Shown here: one piece after another, positions 1 to 10,507 of the stretch
How the letters are laid out: the number at the start of each line of letters is the position of its first letter
Numbering within the stretch: position 1 is the stretch's first letter
DNA from: an uncultured Pseudomonadota bacterium
Lineage (GTDB): Bacteria > Babelota > Babeliae > Babelales > RVW-14
Assembly (NCBI GenBank): GCA_964446935.1
Contig: CAYUQI010000001.1
Coordinates: forward strand, 4,320-68,319
Reading direction: 5' to 3'
DNA: 64,000 nucleotides
Made by a program: the position numbers and the translations under genes
Notes under the pieces: model-generated
Told to the model about the DNA's origin: nothing
Databases searched by the model: none
What the model saw: only the letters and a program-made list of their open reading frames with translations

Positions 1-1073
1 TGTGCTGTACCAAGTGTCAGACTAGCAATAGCTTGTGTTTCGCCACGTTGAAATATTGCCGAACCATGAGCACAAGGTAATGAGCCAACTTCAACAAAAA
101 TTGGTCGAATCTGATCAAATGGTCTGCCATCAACACGTTGCTTTTTTTGTACCAAAAGATCTGGAAGCATGTCTTTGATGATTGAATCAATGACATATTT
201 AAGGACAGAATCAGTTACTTTTTCAGCCTTAATATCTTCTTCAAACTTTTTAATAAGTGATTTCTTTAAATCATCAAGGCCTTCGCTGCGTTCAAGTTTA
301 GTGGCAGCAAAAATTTGGTCTCCGAAGTTTGATGGAAGTATGTCTTTGACACGTTTTTTCCAGCCTTCCCAGTCAATTTCCGAAGGAAGTTCGGCTTTCT
401 TTATTCCTAATGATTTTTGAATCTCTAATTGCCAGTCGATTTGCTTTTTAATTTCTTCGTGTGCCGAGAAGAATAATGTAACAAGTTCATCTTCGGATGC
501 ATTGTTACAGTGCCCCTCAACCATACAAATGCCTGCCTTGGTTCCAGCAATAATAATGTCTGTGTCGGATTGTTCAATTTCTTCAAATGTTGGATTAATT
601 TTCCATTTTCCATCGATTTTTGCTACTTGGACAGCGCCAACTGGTCCCAAAAAAGGGATTTGAGAAAGCGTAAGCGCCAGCGAGGATCCTATAACGGATA
701 AAATGTTGGTTGGGTATTTACCGTCGGAAGAATAAACCGTTGCAAGGATTTGAACCTCGTTGAAATAGGTGGCAGGAAAAAGTGGCCGTATTGGTCGGTC
801 GATAAGGCGAGAGGTAAGGACTTCGGTGTCTGAGAGTTTGCCTTCTCGTTTTATATAGCCACCAGGTATGCGGCCAGCTGCAGAAGTACGTTCACGATAC
901 TCAACAGTTAACGGGAAAAAACCCATGAAATCACGGGCCTCTTTTGATGAAACAGCTGTCGCAAGGACAATATTGTTCCCTGATTTTATCCATACAGCAC
1001 CATCTGCTTGGCGTGCATGTTTCCCTACTTCAACCTCCAACCCTAGCTCTGAGGATTTAAATATTTTATGCAT
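1..1073 (-). CDS. pnp: polynucleotide phosphorylase (PNPase), N-terminal part; the gene runs off the left edge
   Basis: Absent from the ORF track because it is open at the window edge. My translation from ATG (1073-1071, minus) gives MHKIFKSSELGLEVEVGKHARQADGAVWIKSGNNIVLATAV...FFPLTVEYRERTSAAGRIPGGYIKREGK...LTSRLIDRPIRPLF...IAGTKAGICMVEG...RVDGRPFDQIRPIFVEVGSLPCAHGSAIFQRGETQA. These are RNase-PH-type PNPase motifs, and the gene lies directly downstream of rpsO. Confidence 0.9.
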   Translation of the reverse strand, partial: MHKIFKSSELGLEVEVGKHARQADGAVWIKSGNNIVLATAVSSKEARDFMGFFPLTVEYRERTSAAGRIPGGYIKREGKLSDTEVLTSRLIDRPIRPLFPATYFNEVQILATVYSSDGKYPTNILSVIGSSLALTLSQIPFLGPVGAVQVAKIDGKWKINPTFEEIEQSDTDIIIAGTKAGICMVEGHCNNASEDELVTLFFSAHEEIKKQIDWQLEIQKSLGIKKAELPSEIDWEGWKKRVKDILPSNFGDQIFAATKLERSEGLDDLKKSLIKKFEEDIKAEKVTDSVLKYVIDSIIKDMLPDLLVQKKQRVDGRPFDQIRPIFVEVGSLPCAHGSAIFQRGETQAIASLTLGTA

Positions 1074-1075
1074 CT

Positions 1076-1348
1076 TTAGGTATACCCATGTTCTTTAAGG
1101 GATTGTGTTACTCGTTCGTAACTTTTTACGTCGTTTTCTTTGAGATATCTTAAGAATGTGCGACGTTTACCGACCATAAGAATCAATCCACGTTGTGAAT
1201 GATAATCTTTTTGTGCTTTTTTCAGGTGTTCTGAAATTTGGCGAATGCGTTCTGAGAGAAGTGCTATTTGAACTTCACAAGAGCCAACATCTCGCGGAGA
1301 TTTGCCGAAGCTTTTAATAATCTTTTCTTTAATTTCCTTGGTTAACAT
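1076..1348 (-). CDS. rpsO: 30S ribosomal protein S15
   Basis: ORF 1076..1399 trimmed to the internal ATG at 1348. This gives MLTKEIKEKIIKSFGKSPRDVGSCEVQIALLSERIRQISEHLKKAQKDYHSQRGL..., 90 aa, typical S15 length and motifs. Confidence 0.93.
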   Translation of the reverse strand: MLTKEIKEKIIKSFGKSPRDVGSCEVQIALLSERIRQISEHLKKAQKDYHSQRGLILMVGKRRTFLRYLKENDVKSYERVTQSLKEHGYT

Positions 1349-1418
1349 GTTCTTTGTCTTTACCTCAATTATGTGAACAACGGTATGATAACGTAACAAA
1401 ACTTTTATTACTTTATTA

Positions 1419-1494
1419 TGGTAGGCGCGAGCGGACTCGAACCGCTGACCCTCGCTACGTCAAAGCGATGCTCTACCAACTGAGCTACGCGCCT
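1419..1494 (-). tRNA. tRNA-Val (anticodon GAC), CCA encoded
   Basis: The minus-strand sequence aggcgcg-ta-gctcagttggtagagc-a-tcgct-ttGACgt-agcga-gggtc-agcggttcgagtccgct-cgcgcct-a-cca folds by hand into a cloverleaf with a 7-bp acceptor stem. Confidence 0.9.
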
Positions 1495-1510
1495 TCACCG
1501 GATAAGATTT

Positions 1511-4500
1511 CTATGTCAATGATATTTTATCGAGCCCTATTTCAAGCTGCTCTTCTTCGCGAGCCTTGCGTTCAAAATCAGAGATTTCTTCTCCAATGTA
1601 TTTAAGCTTGAAAGAAGGTATTCCGGTTCCAGCAGGTATTAGTTTACCAATAACCACGTTTTCTTTCAACCCATAAAGATAATCAACTTGGCCCATTAAT
1701 GCTGCTTCGGTTAAAACCCTGGTTGTTTCTTGGAATGATGCTGCAGAAATAAAGCTTTCTGTTCCTAATGATGCCTTGGTTATACCCATTAAAATAGGTT
1801 TAGCTTGTGCTGGTTTTTTACCTTCGCTAACAAGTACCCGATTGATGGTTTGCAATAGGAACTTGTCAACGCGGTCACCGGCGACAAATTTAGTATCGCC
1901 AGATTCGATAATTCTGACTTTTCTAAGCATTTGCCGTACAATTAATTCTATATGTTTGTCATTGATATCAACGCCTTGCAGGGCATAAATTTCTTGTATT
2001 TCTCGTACAAGATATTTTTGTACCTCATCTGGTCCCAAAATACGTAAAATATCATGAACGTTTGGTACCCCAGATGTTAAAGGATCTCCGGCCTTAACTC
2101 GTTCACCGTCTTCGACGTTAAGGTGTCTGCTTCGTGAAACAGAATATTCAAAGGTTTCGCCTTCGTCTGATGTTACGGTGATTCTTCGTTGACCGCGATG
2201 GAGTCCACCAAAGCGAACAGTTCCATCTGTTTCGCTCAAAATAGCAGTATCTTTTGGAATTCGTGCTTCAAATAATTCTGCAACGCGTGGCAAACCACCT
2301 GTAATATCTTTGGTTCGTTTTTCTTCACGTGGCAGCTTGGCAATCATATCACCAGGTAGCACTTGAGCATTGTCATCAACAACAATGATTGCTCCTGTTG
2401 GAAGATAATAACGAACTTCCTCGCTATCGCTATTATTGACAATAGCAATATATGGTTGTCGTTTTTCTTCTCTACGTTCCAAAACAACTTTTATAGTTTT
2501 TCCAGAGCCTTCATCAAATTGTTCTTGGTAGGTAACGTTTTCAATCAAGTCAACAAATTGAGCTTGGCCGCCTTTTTCAGTTAAAATAACTTTGAAAGGA
2601 TCCCATTCGGCGATCTTTTGCCCAACCGTTACCATGGCATTGTCATCAACTAAGACAGTAGAGCCGTACTCAATTGTAAATTCTTCAAGTTCTCTGCCAT
2701 CATCAGCAATGGTAACAATTTTGGACTTTCTGTTCATAACAATCCAATGTCCGTGGCGATTCTTTACGGCATAAACGCCTCTAAAAGATACCTTGCCATT
2801 GAATTTAACTTTGAAATGAGTTGCTTCAACCAATCCAGTAGCAGTACCACCAACGTGGAACGTTCTCATGGTAAGCTGAGTACCTGGTTCGCCAATGGAT
2901 TGTGCAGCAATGACGCCAACAGCTGTACCAACGTCAACCAAGGCAAGTTTAGAAAGATCCATGCCATAACATTTGGCACAAGCGCCTCTCTTGGCTTGAC
3001 ATGTTAATACTGAACGAATAGCAATGGATGTAACGGACGAATCTCTAATTTTTTCAACGACAGCATCGGTAATAAGTTCGCCTTGTTGAGCCAAAATTGT
3101 ACCAGTTACAGGATCTTTGATGGTTTCTGCAGCAACACGACCATACACACGATCAGCAAGTGGTTGAATAATTTCACCATATTCTTTAAGGTCTCGTGCG
3201 GTTACATATCCTAGCGTCTGGCAGTCAATCATAGAAATGACTACGTCTTGTGCAACATCGACAAGTCGTCGAGTTAAATATCCTGAATCTGCTGTTTTTA
3301 ATGCTGTATCAGCAAGTCCTTTACGTGCCCCGTGAGTAGAGACGAAATATTCAAAAACACTCAAACCTTCTTTAAAGTTTGCAAGCACAGGCGTTTCCAT
3401 AATTTCACCTGATGGCGTTGCCATCAAACCTCTCATACCTGCAAGCTGACGTATTTGTTGACGTGAACCGCGAGCTCCGGAATCAAGCATCATAAATACG
3501 GGATTAAAAGGAGTGTTGCTTCTGTTGGCATTTGCAGCTGCTTTGCGATCTTCTTCCTCGAGGACGCTGATCATCTCATTGGCAACATCTTCAGTGGTGC
3601 GGGCCCAGATTTGCACTGTTTTGTTGTAACGTTCTCCATTGGTGATTGCACCATCCAGATAAAGCTTTTCAGCTTTTTCTGTTTCTTCTTGGGCTTTTGC
3701 AACGATGCGATGTTTTGATTGAGGGATAATAAGATTGTCTACAGAGAGTGAAATACCGCCTAATGTTGCATAGCTAAAACCAAGTTTTTTGATTTTATCA
3801 AGTGTGGCAACAGTGGCTGCGGCACCAAATGCTTTGTAGACTTTGCCAACAAGAATAGAAAGATCTTTTTTCTTAACTGCTTTGTTAACCCAGGTAATGT
3901 CGGCACCTTCAGGGAGAGCCTCATACAACAAAACTCTGCCGACTGTTGTTTCTGAAAAGGTGTTGTTATCTAAACGAACTTTAATAGGTGCTTGAATATT
4001 GACCTTGCCATGTTGATAAGCATAAATAACTTCGTTAATGTTACTAAAAACAAGCCCTTCCCCCATAGTGTTTTTACGACCTTTAGTCATAAAATACAAA
4101 CCAAGGACCATATCTTGCGATGGAACAGCAAGTGGTCGACCATTGGCAGGGGTTAAAATATTTTGAATTGCTAAAATTAATTCTTCGGCTTCAGCTCGGG
4201 CTGTTTTACTTAATAGTACGTGAACCGCCATTTGGTCACCATCGAAGTCAGCGTTAAATGCTGCGCAAACCAATGGGTGAATTTTAATTGCTTTACCCTC
4301 GACAAGGGTTGGATAAAACGCTTGAATACTCAAACGGTGCAATGTTGGTGCACGGTTTAATAAAACAGGGCGGTCTTTTACGACTTCTTCAAGAGCTTCC
4401 CAAACTTCTGGGGTCATTTCTTCAACCATGCGCTTAGCGACACGCAAATTAGGGGCAAGCTCTCTGCGTTGCAATTCTACATAGACATAAGGCTTGAACA

Positions 4501-5623
4501 GCTCAAGTGCCATAATCTTTGGTAATCCACATTGATGCATTTTAAGTTCTGGATCGACAACAATGACTGATCGTCCAGAATAGTCAACACGCTTACCAAG
4601 TAAGTTTTGACGGAAACGGCCTTGTTTACCTCTAAGCATTTCGCTTAATGATTTAAGAGGTCGTTTGTTTGATCCCCTGACCGGTTGGCCTCGGCGACCA
4701 TTATCAATAAGAGCATCAACCGATTCTTGAAGCATACGTTTTTCATTTTTAATAATGACATCAGGAGCTTCAAGTTCAATTAAACGTTTAAGACGAATAT
4801 TTCTGTTAAGAACACGACGATACAAATCATTCAGGTCGGAGCTTGCAAAACGGCCACCTTCAAGTGGAACTAATGGACGAAGATCTGGTGGCAGTACTGG
4901 AAGAACTTCCAAAATAATCCATTCTGGCCTGATGTTTGTTTGCATCATGGCGCCTAATACTTTGTATCGCTTGGCAAGTCTGTGTTTTGCTGCTACTGAT
5001 GATGTTTGGGTATATTCTTCTTCGATTTTGCGAACTTCAAAATTGAGATCCATTAAGGCAAGCAACATTCTAATTGCTTCTGCCCCCATGGCACCTTTAA
5101 ATACCGTATCTTCAAGATTTGCTGAAACATAAGCCTCATAATCTTGGCTGCTTAAAATAGTTTTTTGAGGATAAGGAGAGTTTCCTTGATGAACAACAAT
5201 ATAACTATCAAAATAAATGACACGTTCAAGATCGCGAACGGTCATGTTTAAAATAAGGCTTAGATAACTTGGGATTCCCTTTAAAAACCAAATGTGACAC
5301 ACCGGGGATACGAGATTAATATGTCCCATGCGTTCACGACGGACACGTGCTTGGATAACTTCAACACCGCATTTTTCGCAGGTGACACCACGGTGTTTCA
5401 TACGTTTATATTTACCGCAATTACATTCCCAATCTTTGACTGGGCCGAAAATACGAGCACAAAATAATCCATCACGTTCTGGTTTTAACGTACGATAGTT
5501 AATTGTTTCTATTTTTTTTACTTCACCATACGAAAGAGAACGGATTTTTTCTGGAGACGCAATACTCATACGCATTGCGTTGAACTGTGTTGTACTAAGG
5601 TATTCTCTGAATCGTTCAAGCAT
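1511..5623 (-). CDS. rpoC: DNA-directed RNA polymerase subunit beta'
   Basis: ORF 1511..5668 trimmed to MLERFREYL (ATG at 5623), 4 nt after the rpoB stop. It has the N-terminal Zn finger CNCGKYKRMKHRGVTCEKCGVEV, the NADFDGD catalytic motif and full-length beta' collinearity. Confidence 0.97.
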   Translation of the reverse strand: MLERFREYLSTTQFNAMRMSIASPEKIRSLSYGEVKKIETINYRTLKPERDGLFCARIFGPVKDWECNCGKYKRMKHRGVTCEKCGVEVIQARVRRERMGHINLVSPVCHIWFLKGIPSYLSLILNMTVRDLERVIYFDSYIVVHQGNSPYPQKTILSSQDYEAYVSANLEDTVFKGAMGAEAIRMLLALMDLNFEVRKIEEEYTQTSSVAAKHRLAKRYKVLGAMMQTNIRPEWIILEVLPVLPPDLRPLVPLEGGRFASSDLNDLYRRVLNRNIRLKRLIELEAPDVIIKNEKRMLQESVDALIDNGRRGQPVRGSNKRPLKSLSEMLRGKQGRFRQNLLGKRVDYSGRSVIVVDPELKMHQCGLPKIMALELFKPYVYVELQRRELAPNLRVAKRMVEEMTPEVWEALEEVVKDRPVLLNRAPTLHRLSIQAFYPTLVEGKAIKIHPLVCAAFNADFDGDQMAVHVLLSKTARAEAEELILAIQNILTPANGRPLAVPSQDMVLGLYFMTKGRKNTMGEGLVFSNINEVIYAYQHGKVNIQAPIKVRLDNNTFSETTVGRVLLYEALPEGADITWVNKAVKKKDLSILVGKVYKAFGAAATVATLDKIKKLGFSYATLGGISLSVDNLIIPQSKHRIVAKAQEETEKAEKLYLDGAITNGERYNKTVQIWARTTEDVANEMISVLEEEDRKAAANANRSNTPFNPVFMMLDSGARGSRQQIRQLAGMRGLMATPSGEIMETPVLANFKEGLSVFEYFVSTHGARKGLADTALKTADSGYLTRRLVDVAQDVVISMIDCQTLGYVTARDLKEYGEIIQPLADRVYGRVAAETIKDPVTGTILAQQGELITDAVVEKIRDSSVTSIAIRSVLTCQAKRGACAKCYGMDLSKLALVDVGTAVGVIAAQSIGEPGTQLTMRTFHVGGTATGLVEATHFKVKFNGKVSFRGVYAVKNRHGHWIVMNRKSKIVTIADDGRELEEFTIEYGSTVLVDDNAMVTVGQKIAEWDPFKVILTEKGGQAQFVDLIENVTYQEQFDEGSGKTIKVVLERREEKRQPYIAIVNNSDSEEVRYYLPTGAIIVVDDNAQVLPGDMIAKLPREEKRTKDITGGLPRVAELFEARIPKDTAILSETDGTVRFGGLHRGQRRITVTSDEGETFEYSVSRSRHLNVEDGERVKAGDPLTSGVPNVHDILRILGPDEVQKYLVREIQEIYALQGVDINDKHIELIVRQMLRKVRIIESGDTKFVAGDRVDKFLLQTINRVLVSEGKKPAQAKPILMGITKASLGTESFISAASFQETTRVLTEAALMGQVDYLYGLKENVVIGKLIPAGTGIPSFKLKYIGEEISDFERKAREEEQLEIGLDKISLT

Positions 5624-5627
5624 TCTG

Positions 5628-8600
5628 TTATTCACCGACCTGCTCCTTACTTGTCTTGAATAAATCAACCTGTAGTCCCAAGCTCTGCAATTCTTTTACC
5701 AAAACATTAAATGATTCAGGGATGCCAGGATCTGGAACTTCCTCACCGCGAACAAGCGCTTCATAGGCTTTAATACGCCCATTAACATCGTCTGATTTAA
5801 TGGTGAGCATCTCTTGCAGTGTATATGCTGCGCCATAAGCATACAGTGCCCACACTTCCATTTCCCCAAGTCTTTGTCCACCGAATTGAGCCTTACCGCC
5901 CAGTGGTTGCTGTGTAATAAGTGAGTATGGACCAACTGAACGAGCATGCAATTTGTCATCAGCAAGGTGATTAAGTTTCATCATGTAAATATATCCAACG
6001 GTAACCGGTTGATCGAATGGAAGCCCTGATCGCCCATCATACAGCTGATAAGTTCCTGTTATTGGTAAATTAAGCTCTTTAAGAAGCGGTTGTATTTCTT
6101 TTGCATAATCTGCACCATCAAACACGGGGGTTGTGAATGCTAATCCATGTTCGGCTGTTTTTTGTGCTAAATCATGTAGAGCATCTTTACCATAGGTTTT
6201 TTCTATTTCATTAATAAGCGTTGTGTCATAAATACTACTTAACTGTTTTTTCAATTCTTGATAAGCAAGCTGATTGACTTTTTGGGCAAGATTTTTGCCA
6301 ATTTCTTTACTTGCCATGCCAAGCATTGTTTCTAAAATTTGCCCAATGTTCATACGACCAGGAACGCCGAGTGGATTCAGAACAACATCAACAGGTGTTC
6401 CATCTTCCATATAAGGCATATCTTCCGGATTAACAATGCGCGAGACAACACCTTTGTTACCGTGACGTCCTGCCATTTTATCGCCAACTGACAAGCGGCG
6501 TGTTGCTGCTACATAGACTTTTATCATTTTAATAACACCCGAAGGAAGTTCATCACCCTTACGCAATTGAGCAACACGATCTTCCTTGAGCGCTGTCAAA
6601 ACATGAATTTGATTAGTATAAACTTCTTTATAGATGTTTAATTTAGCGTCAATTTCTTTATTGCCGGTTGAAATAGCGATTATTTTATCAATAGTCGCTT
6701 CTTCAAGCTTTTCAGCTGAGAAAACACCTTTGTCGGTAAATTGTTTAAGAGACGAATCTTTAGCAATTTTACCGTTTAACAAGTCGACAACTTTTTCTTT
6801 AATACCTTTTTGAAGAATTGTTAGGTGATAATTAAAATCTTCATCGATTTTGAGTGTTTCTCTTTGGACTATTTCTTTGTAGCGTTTATCTTTGCGAATA
6901 CCGCTACGCGAGAATACTTTGACGTCAACAACGGTTGCTTCAACTCCTGGCGGAACGCGTAATGAGGTATCACGAACTTCTCGTGATTTTTCACCGAAAA
7001 TAGCGCGTAAAAGTTTTTCTTCAGGAGAGACTTGAACGTCCCCCTTGAGTGTAACTTTACCTACTAGAATATCGCCCGGTTTGACACGTGTTCCAATTTT
7101 AACAATTCCATCCTCATCGAGGGCAACGAGATCTTTTTCTGGAATGTTTGGAATGTCACGAGTAATCTCTTCAGCACCGAGCTTTGTTTCGCGAGCTTCA
7201 GCTACGAATTCTTCAACGTGTACTGATGAAAAAATGTCATCAGCTACAAGTCGTTTATTGACAACAATAGCGTCTTCAAAATTGTATCCCTGCCATGGCA
7301 TGAATGCCACCAAGATGTTGCTACCAAGAGCGAGTTCGCCATTTTGTGTGGCAGCGCCACATGCTATGATATCGCCTTTTTTAACGGTATCGCCAACAAC
7401 AACAATAGGATTAAAGTGAATCCATGTATTATGACTTGAGCGTGAGAATTTCTTTAGATAATAAATATCAACAGGATGAGCCATCCATGCAGCTTCATTG
7501 GTTCCTTTTTGTTCTATCCTGATGACTATTTTTTCTGCAGAAACGTATTCAATCGTTCCTGCTGTTCGTGAATTAATGACAGCGCCTTCAAGCGATCCGA
7601 GTTCTCTTTCTATTCCTGTTCCTACCAAAGGAGCTTGGCAGCGAATAAGCGGAACTGCTTGACGTTGCATGTTTGATCCCATAAGTGCTCGGTTTGCGTC
7701 GTCATGTTCCAAAAATGGAATAAGCGCTGTAGGAACGGAGAATATTTGTTTTGGCGATGCATCAATATAGGTAACATTTTCAACGTTTTCAGCGATAATG
7801 TTACCATCTTTTCTGACAAGAACCTTAGGCCCAATAATTTTATTTTTATCATCACAAGCCGTTGTTGCTTGTGCAATTTTTTCACCTATTTCCTGAAAGG
7901 CGTCAAGATAAAGAACCTCACCCTTTATGGCTGATTTATTGACTGAGTGATAAGGAGTTTCAATAAATCCAAGATCATTGACGCGAGCATACGTGGAAAG
8001 TGATGAAATAAGACCAATGTTTTGTCCTTCTGGTGTTTCTATTGGACAAATTCTTCCATAGTGAGATGGATGGACGTCACGAACTTCAAATGTTGCTCGT
8101 TCCCTTGTTATTCCACCGGGGCCGAGTGCCGAAAGTCGTCGTTTGTGTGCCATTTCTGCCAAAGGATTGGTTTGGTCCATAAACTGAGATAATTGACCAG
8201 TGCCAAAGAATTCACGCAAAACAGCGGCCAATGGTTTAACGTTAAGAAAATCATATGGCATTAAGGATGCATAATTTTCTTGAAGTCTGAAACGTTCCTT
8301 AACGATACGTTCTATTCGTGCAAAACCAACGTATAATTGGCCTTGTAAAAGCTCCCCAACAAGACGTACGCAGCGATTGCCTAGATGATCAATATCATCT
8401 AATTCACCTTCGCCACGTTCTTTCAAGCTAATGAGATATCTGAGTGTTGCAATGATATCTTCTTTGGTGAGGTGAGTAGTACTTTCTTTAATCGTTAAAG
8501 CAAGTTTTCGATTTGTTCTGATACGGCCAACGATAGTAAGATCATAAAAACGTTGATTAAAGAACAAGTTACTGATGTATTCTTCCATTAATTTGAGTGT

Positions 8601-9959
8601 GGGAATATCGCCAGGTTTGAGTTTGGTATAAACTTCACGCAATGCTTCTTCATGGTTAGAAGTGCTATCATGTGCAAATGTTAATGCCATTGTTGGTTGA
8701 ACAACATATCCGGAAGATTGAATTACCTTGATTGAAATATTATTGTATTTGGCCAGCTCGTCAATTATTTCTTCAGTGAGTTCTTGTCCTAATGTTGCTA
8801 ACACTTCACCTGTTTTAGCAACAATAACATCTTGAGCTATGAAACGGCTGAGCAGGCTGGTTTTTCTAACTGTTAAATGAGAAAAACCTTCTTTTTGAAG
8901 TTTCTCTATATGTGTTTTGGTTAATCGTTGTCCAATGACAAATTTATCTTCAATTTCTTTTGGAAGCATTCCAGCTTCTAAGCGTTGTCCAATAAGACTA
9001 CTGTCAACCTTGCGATAAAATTTTCCTGCTTTGACTTCAATAGTGTCAAAATCATAAAAAAGAGAAAGAATAGAATTTTTTTCTATGCCAAGTGCCTGTA
9101 AGAACGTTGTTGCAAGAATTTTCTTTTTCTTATCAATACGAACGTAAATAAGATCATTATGATCAAATTCAAAATCAAGCCAGGAGCCACGGCTTGGAAT
9201 GATTCGTGCAATGTGATAAGGCTGTCCGCGATAATCTTTTGATTTTTTGCTGAGTGAGAACATAACGCCGGGAGCCCGGTGAATTTGGCTGACAACGACA
9301 CGATCAACACCGTTAATGAGAAATGTTCCTTGACTACCTAAATGAAAAATCCCGTCGTGATCTTCATAAAGATCTATCATGACGGGGAAGTCGCAGAAAA
9401 AGACATCTTGCTCTTTTATATCGCGAACAATTTTTTGTGATGTTTCAGGATCAATATCCCAACTAATAAGCTGCATTTTTACTTTAAGAGGGAGTGAAAA
9501 TGTCTTTCCACTATAACGACATTCATCAACAGATACAGCTATTTTGATGGATACGCGTGAAAAACATTTTTTACAATGAACATACGCAGCGGTTGCCTTT
9601 TTGCATTGAGGACATACCTTACCATCTACAAGCTTAGCAAAGCCTCCTTTTTTGCACGATGAACAAGCCCATTTATAACGATTTTGTATACCGGTAACTT
9701 GTCCGCAAATGCATGACCAATCGCCGAGTTCATAACTCACATATTCAAGTGAGATACGTTCGTTATGTTCAACAGGAAATGTATCACGAAGGACTTTTTC
9801 GAGTCCGATGTATTTACGTTCTGAAGGAATACAATCAAGTTGAACAAAATCGTTAAACGATTTTGATTGAACCTCGATAAGGTTAGGGAGGGAAACAACC
9901 TCCTTAATCTTTCCAAACGTTTTTCTTAAAAAACCTTTTCCTCGACCAAATCTAGACAT
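5628..9959 (-). CDS. rpoB: DNA-directed RNA polymerase subunit beta (1443 aa, with a Cys-rich N-terminal insertion)
   Basis: Motifs seen: FMDQTNPLAEMAHKRRLSALGPGG, RDVHPSHYGRICPIETPEGQNIGLI, GDKMAGRHGNKGVVSRI, NHLADDKLHARSVGPYSLITQQPLGGKAQFGGQRLGEMEVWAL. Confidence 0.97.
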   Translation of the reverse strand: MSRFGRGKGFLRKTFGKIKEVVSLPNLIEVQSKSFNDFVQLDCIPSERKYIGLEKVLRDTFPVEHNERISLEYVSYELGDWSCICGQVTGIQNRYKWACSSCKKGGFAKLVDGKVCPQCKKATAAYVHCKKCFSRVSIKIAVSVDECRYSGKTFSLPLKVKMQLISWDIDPETSQKIVRDIKEQDVFFCDFPVMIDLYEDHDGIFHLGSQGTFLINGVDRVVVSQIHRAPGVMFSLSKKSKDYRGQPYHIARIIPSRGSWLDFEFDHNDLIYVRIDKKKKILATTFLQALGIEKNSILSLFYDFDTIEVKAGKFYRKVDSSLIGQRLEAGMLPKEIEDKFVIGQRLTKTHIEKLQKEGFSHLTVRKTSLLSRFIAQDVIVAKTGEVLATLGQELTEEIIDELAKYNNISIKVIQSSGYVVQPTMALTFAHDSTSNHEEALREVYTKLKPGDIPTLKLMEEYISNLFFNQRFYDLTIVGRIRTNRKLALTIKESTTHLTKEDIIATLRYLISLKERGEGELDDIDHLGNRCVRLVGELLQGQLYVGFARIERIVKERFRLQENYASLMPYDFLNVKPLAAVLREFFGTGQLSQFMDQTNPLAEMAHKRRLSALGPGGITRERATFEVRDVHPSHYGRICPIETPEGQNIGLISSLSTYARVNDLGFIETPYHSVNKSAIKGEVLYLDAFQEIGEKIAQATTACDDKNKIIGPKVLVRKDGNIIAENVENVTYIDASPKQIFSVPTALIPFLEHDDANRALMGSNMQRQAVPLIRCQAPLVGTGIERELGSLEGAVINSRTAGTIEYVSAEKIVIRIEQKGTNEAAWMAHPVDIYYLKKFSRSSHNTWIHFNPIVVVGDTVKKGDIIACGAATQNGELALGSNILVAFMPWQGYNFEDAIVVNKRLVADDIFSSVHVEEFVAEARETKLGAEEITRDIPNIPEKDLVALDEDGIVKIGTRVKPGDILVGKVTLKGDVQVSPEEKLLRAIFGEKSREVRDTSLRVPPGVEATVVDVKVFSRSGIRKDKRYKEIVQRETLKIDEDFNYHLTILQKGIKEKVVDLLNGKIAKDSSLKQFTDKGVFSAEKLEEATIDKIIAISTGNKEIDAKLNIYKEVYTNQIHVLTALKEDRVAQLRKGDELPSGVIKMIKVYVAATRRLSVGDKMAGRHGNKGVVSRIVNPEDMPYMEDGTPVDVVLNPLGVPGRMNIGQILETMLGMASKEIGKNLAQKVNQLAYQELKKQLSSIYDTTLINEIEKTYGKDALHDLAQKTAEHGLAFTTPVFDGADYAKEIQPLLKELNLPITGTYQLYDGRSGLPFDQPVTVGYIYMMKLNHLADDKLHARSVGPYSLITQQPLGGKAQFGGQRLGEMEVWALYAYGAAYTLQEMLTIKSDDVNGRIKAYEALVRGEEVPDPGIPESFNVLVKELQSLGLQVDLFKTSKEQVGE

Positions 9960-10030
9960 TCAACCGCTCCTGAACACGTTATTGACCAAACACGCTATCA
10001 CCTACCACGTGTATGTATGCACATTTCATT

Positions 10031-10076
10031 TAAGAAAGTAAAGGGATACCGCTTTAATGTAGTCAAAACGGTATCC
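10031..10076 (-). promoter_or_regulatory. Hairpin plus U-rich tract between rplL and rpoB (candidate attenuator or partial terminator)
   Basis: Perfect 8-bp stem ggataccg/cggtatcc (10044-10051 and 10069-10076) with a 17-nt loop. On the minus-strand RNA it is followed by cuuuacuuucuu. The position matches the known rplL-rpoB attenuator of E. coli. Confidence 0.45.
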
Positions 10077-10120
10077 AAGCAAAATTATTGTAACCTATGA
10101 TGGCTAAGATTGATGCTGCT

Positions 10121-10507
10121 TTAAGCAAGATCAACTTTAGCACCAGCGGCTTCAAGTTCTTTTTTTATCTTTTGAGCATCTTCTTTTGGTGCTGCTTCTG
10201 AAACAACAAATGGTGCGTTTTCAACAGCTTCTTTTGCTGCGCCAAGAGAAAGACTTGTTACTGCTCTAAGAGCTTTAATAACGTTAATTTTGTTAGCGCC
10301 AGCATCTTTAAGCGTAACTTTGTATTCATTCTTTTCTTCTGCTGCGGCCGGAGCGGCTGCTGCAGCTGCTGGCATTGCAACGGCTGCAACTGGTGCAGCG
10401 GCTGAAACCCCAAACGTGGTTTCAAGCGATTTTACAAGTTCAGCAAGTTCTAAAACACTGAGCTTTTTAACTTTTTCACTGATTTCTTCGACATTTTTTG
10501 ATGACAT
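10121..10507 (-). CDS. rplL: 50S ribosomal protein L7/L12
   Basis: 128 aa with an Ala-rich hinge ([21 protein letters not shown]) and the C-terminal domain [24 protein letters not shown]...[11 protein letters not shown]. Confidence 0.96.
   Translation of the reverse strand: MSSKNVEEISEKVKKLSVLELAELVKSLETTFGVSAAAPVAAVAMPAAAAAAPAAAEEKNEYKVTLKDAGANKINVIKALRAVTSLSLGAAKEAVENAPFVVSEAAPKEDAQKIKKELEAAGAKVDLA

Noticed and set aside
1776-9310. Many 60-125 aa ORFs inside or antisense to rpoC and rpoB (for example 4755-5132 +, 7045-7419 +, 5696-5965 -, 7622-7885 -, 9083-9310 -)
   Set aside because: They are fully embedded in two very well supported long genes. Their composition is low-complexity or Ser/Leu-rich as expected for off-frame translation, and no RBS or family motif is present.
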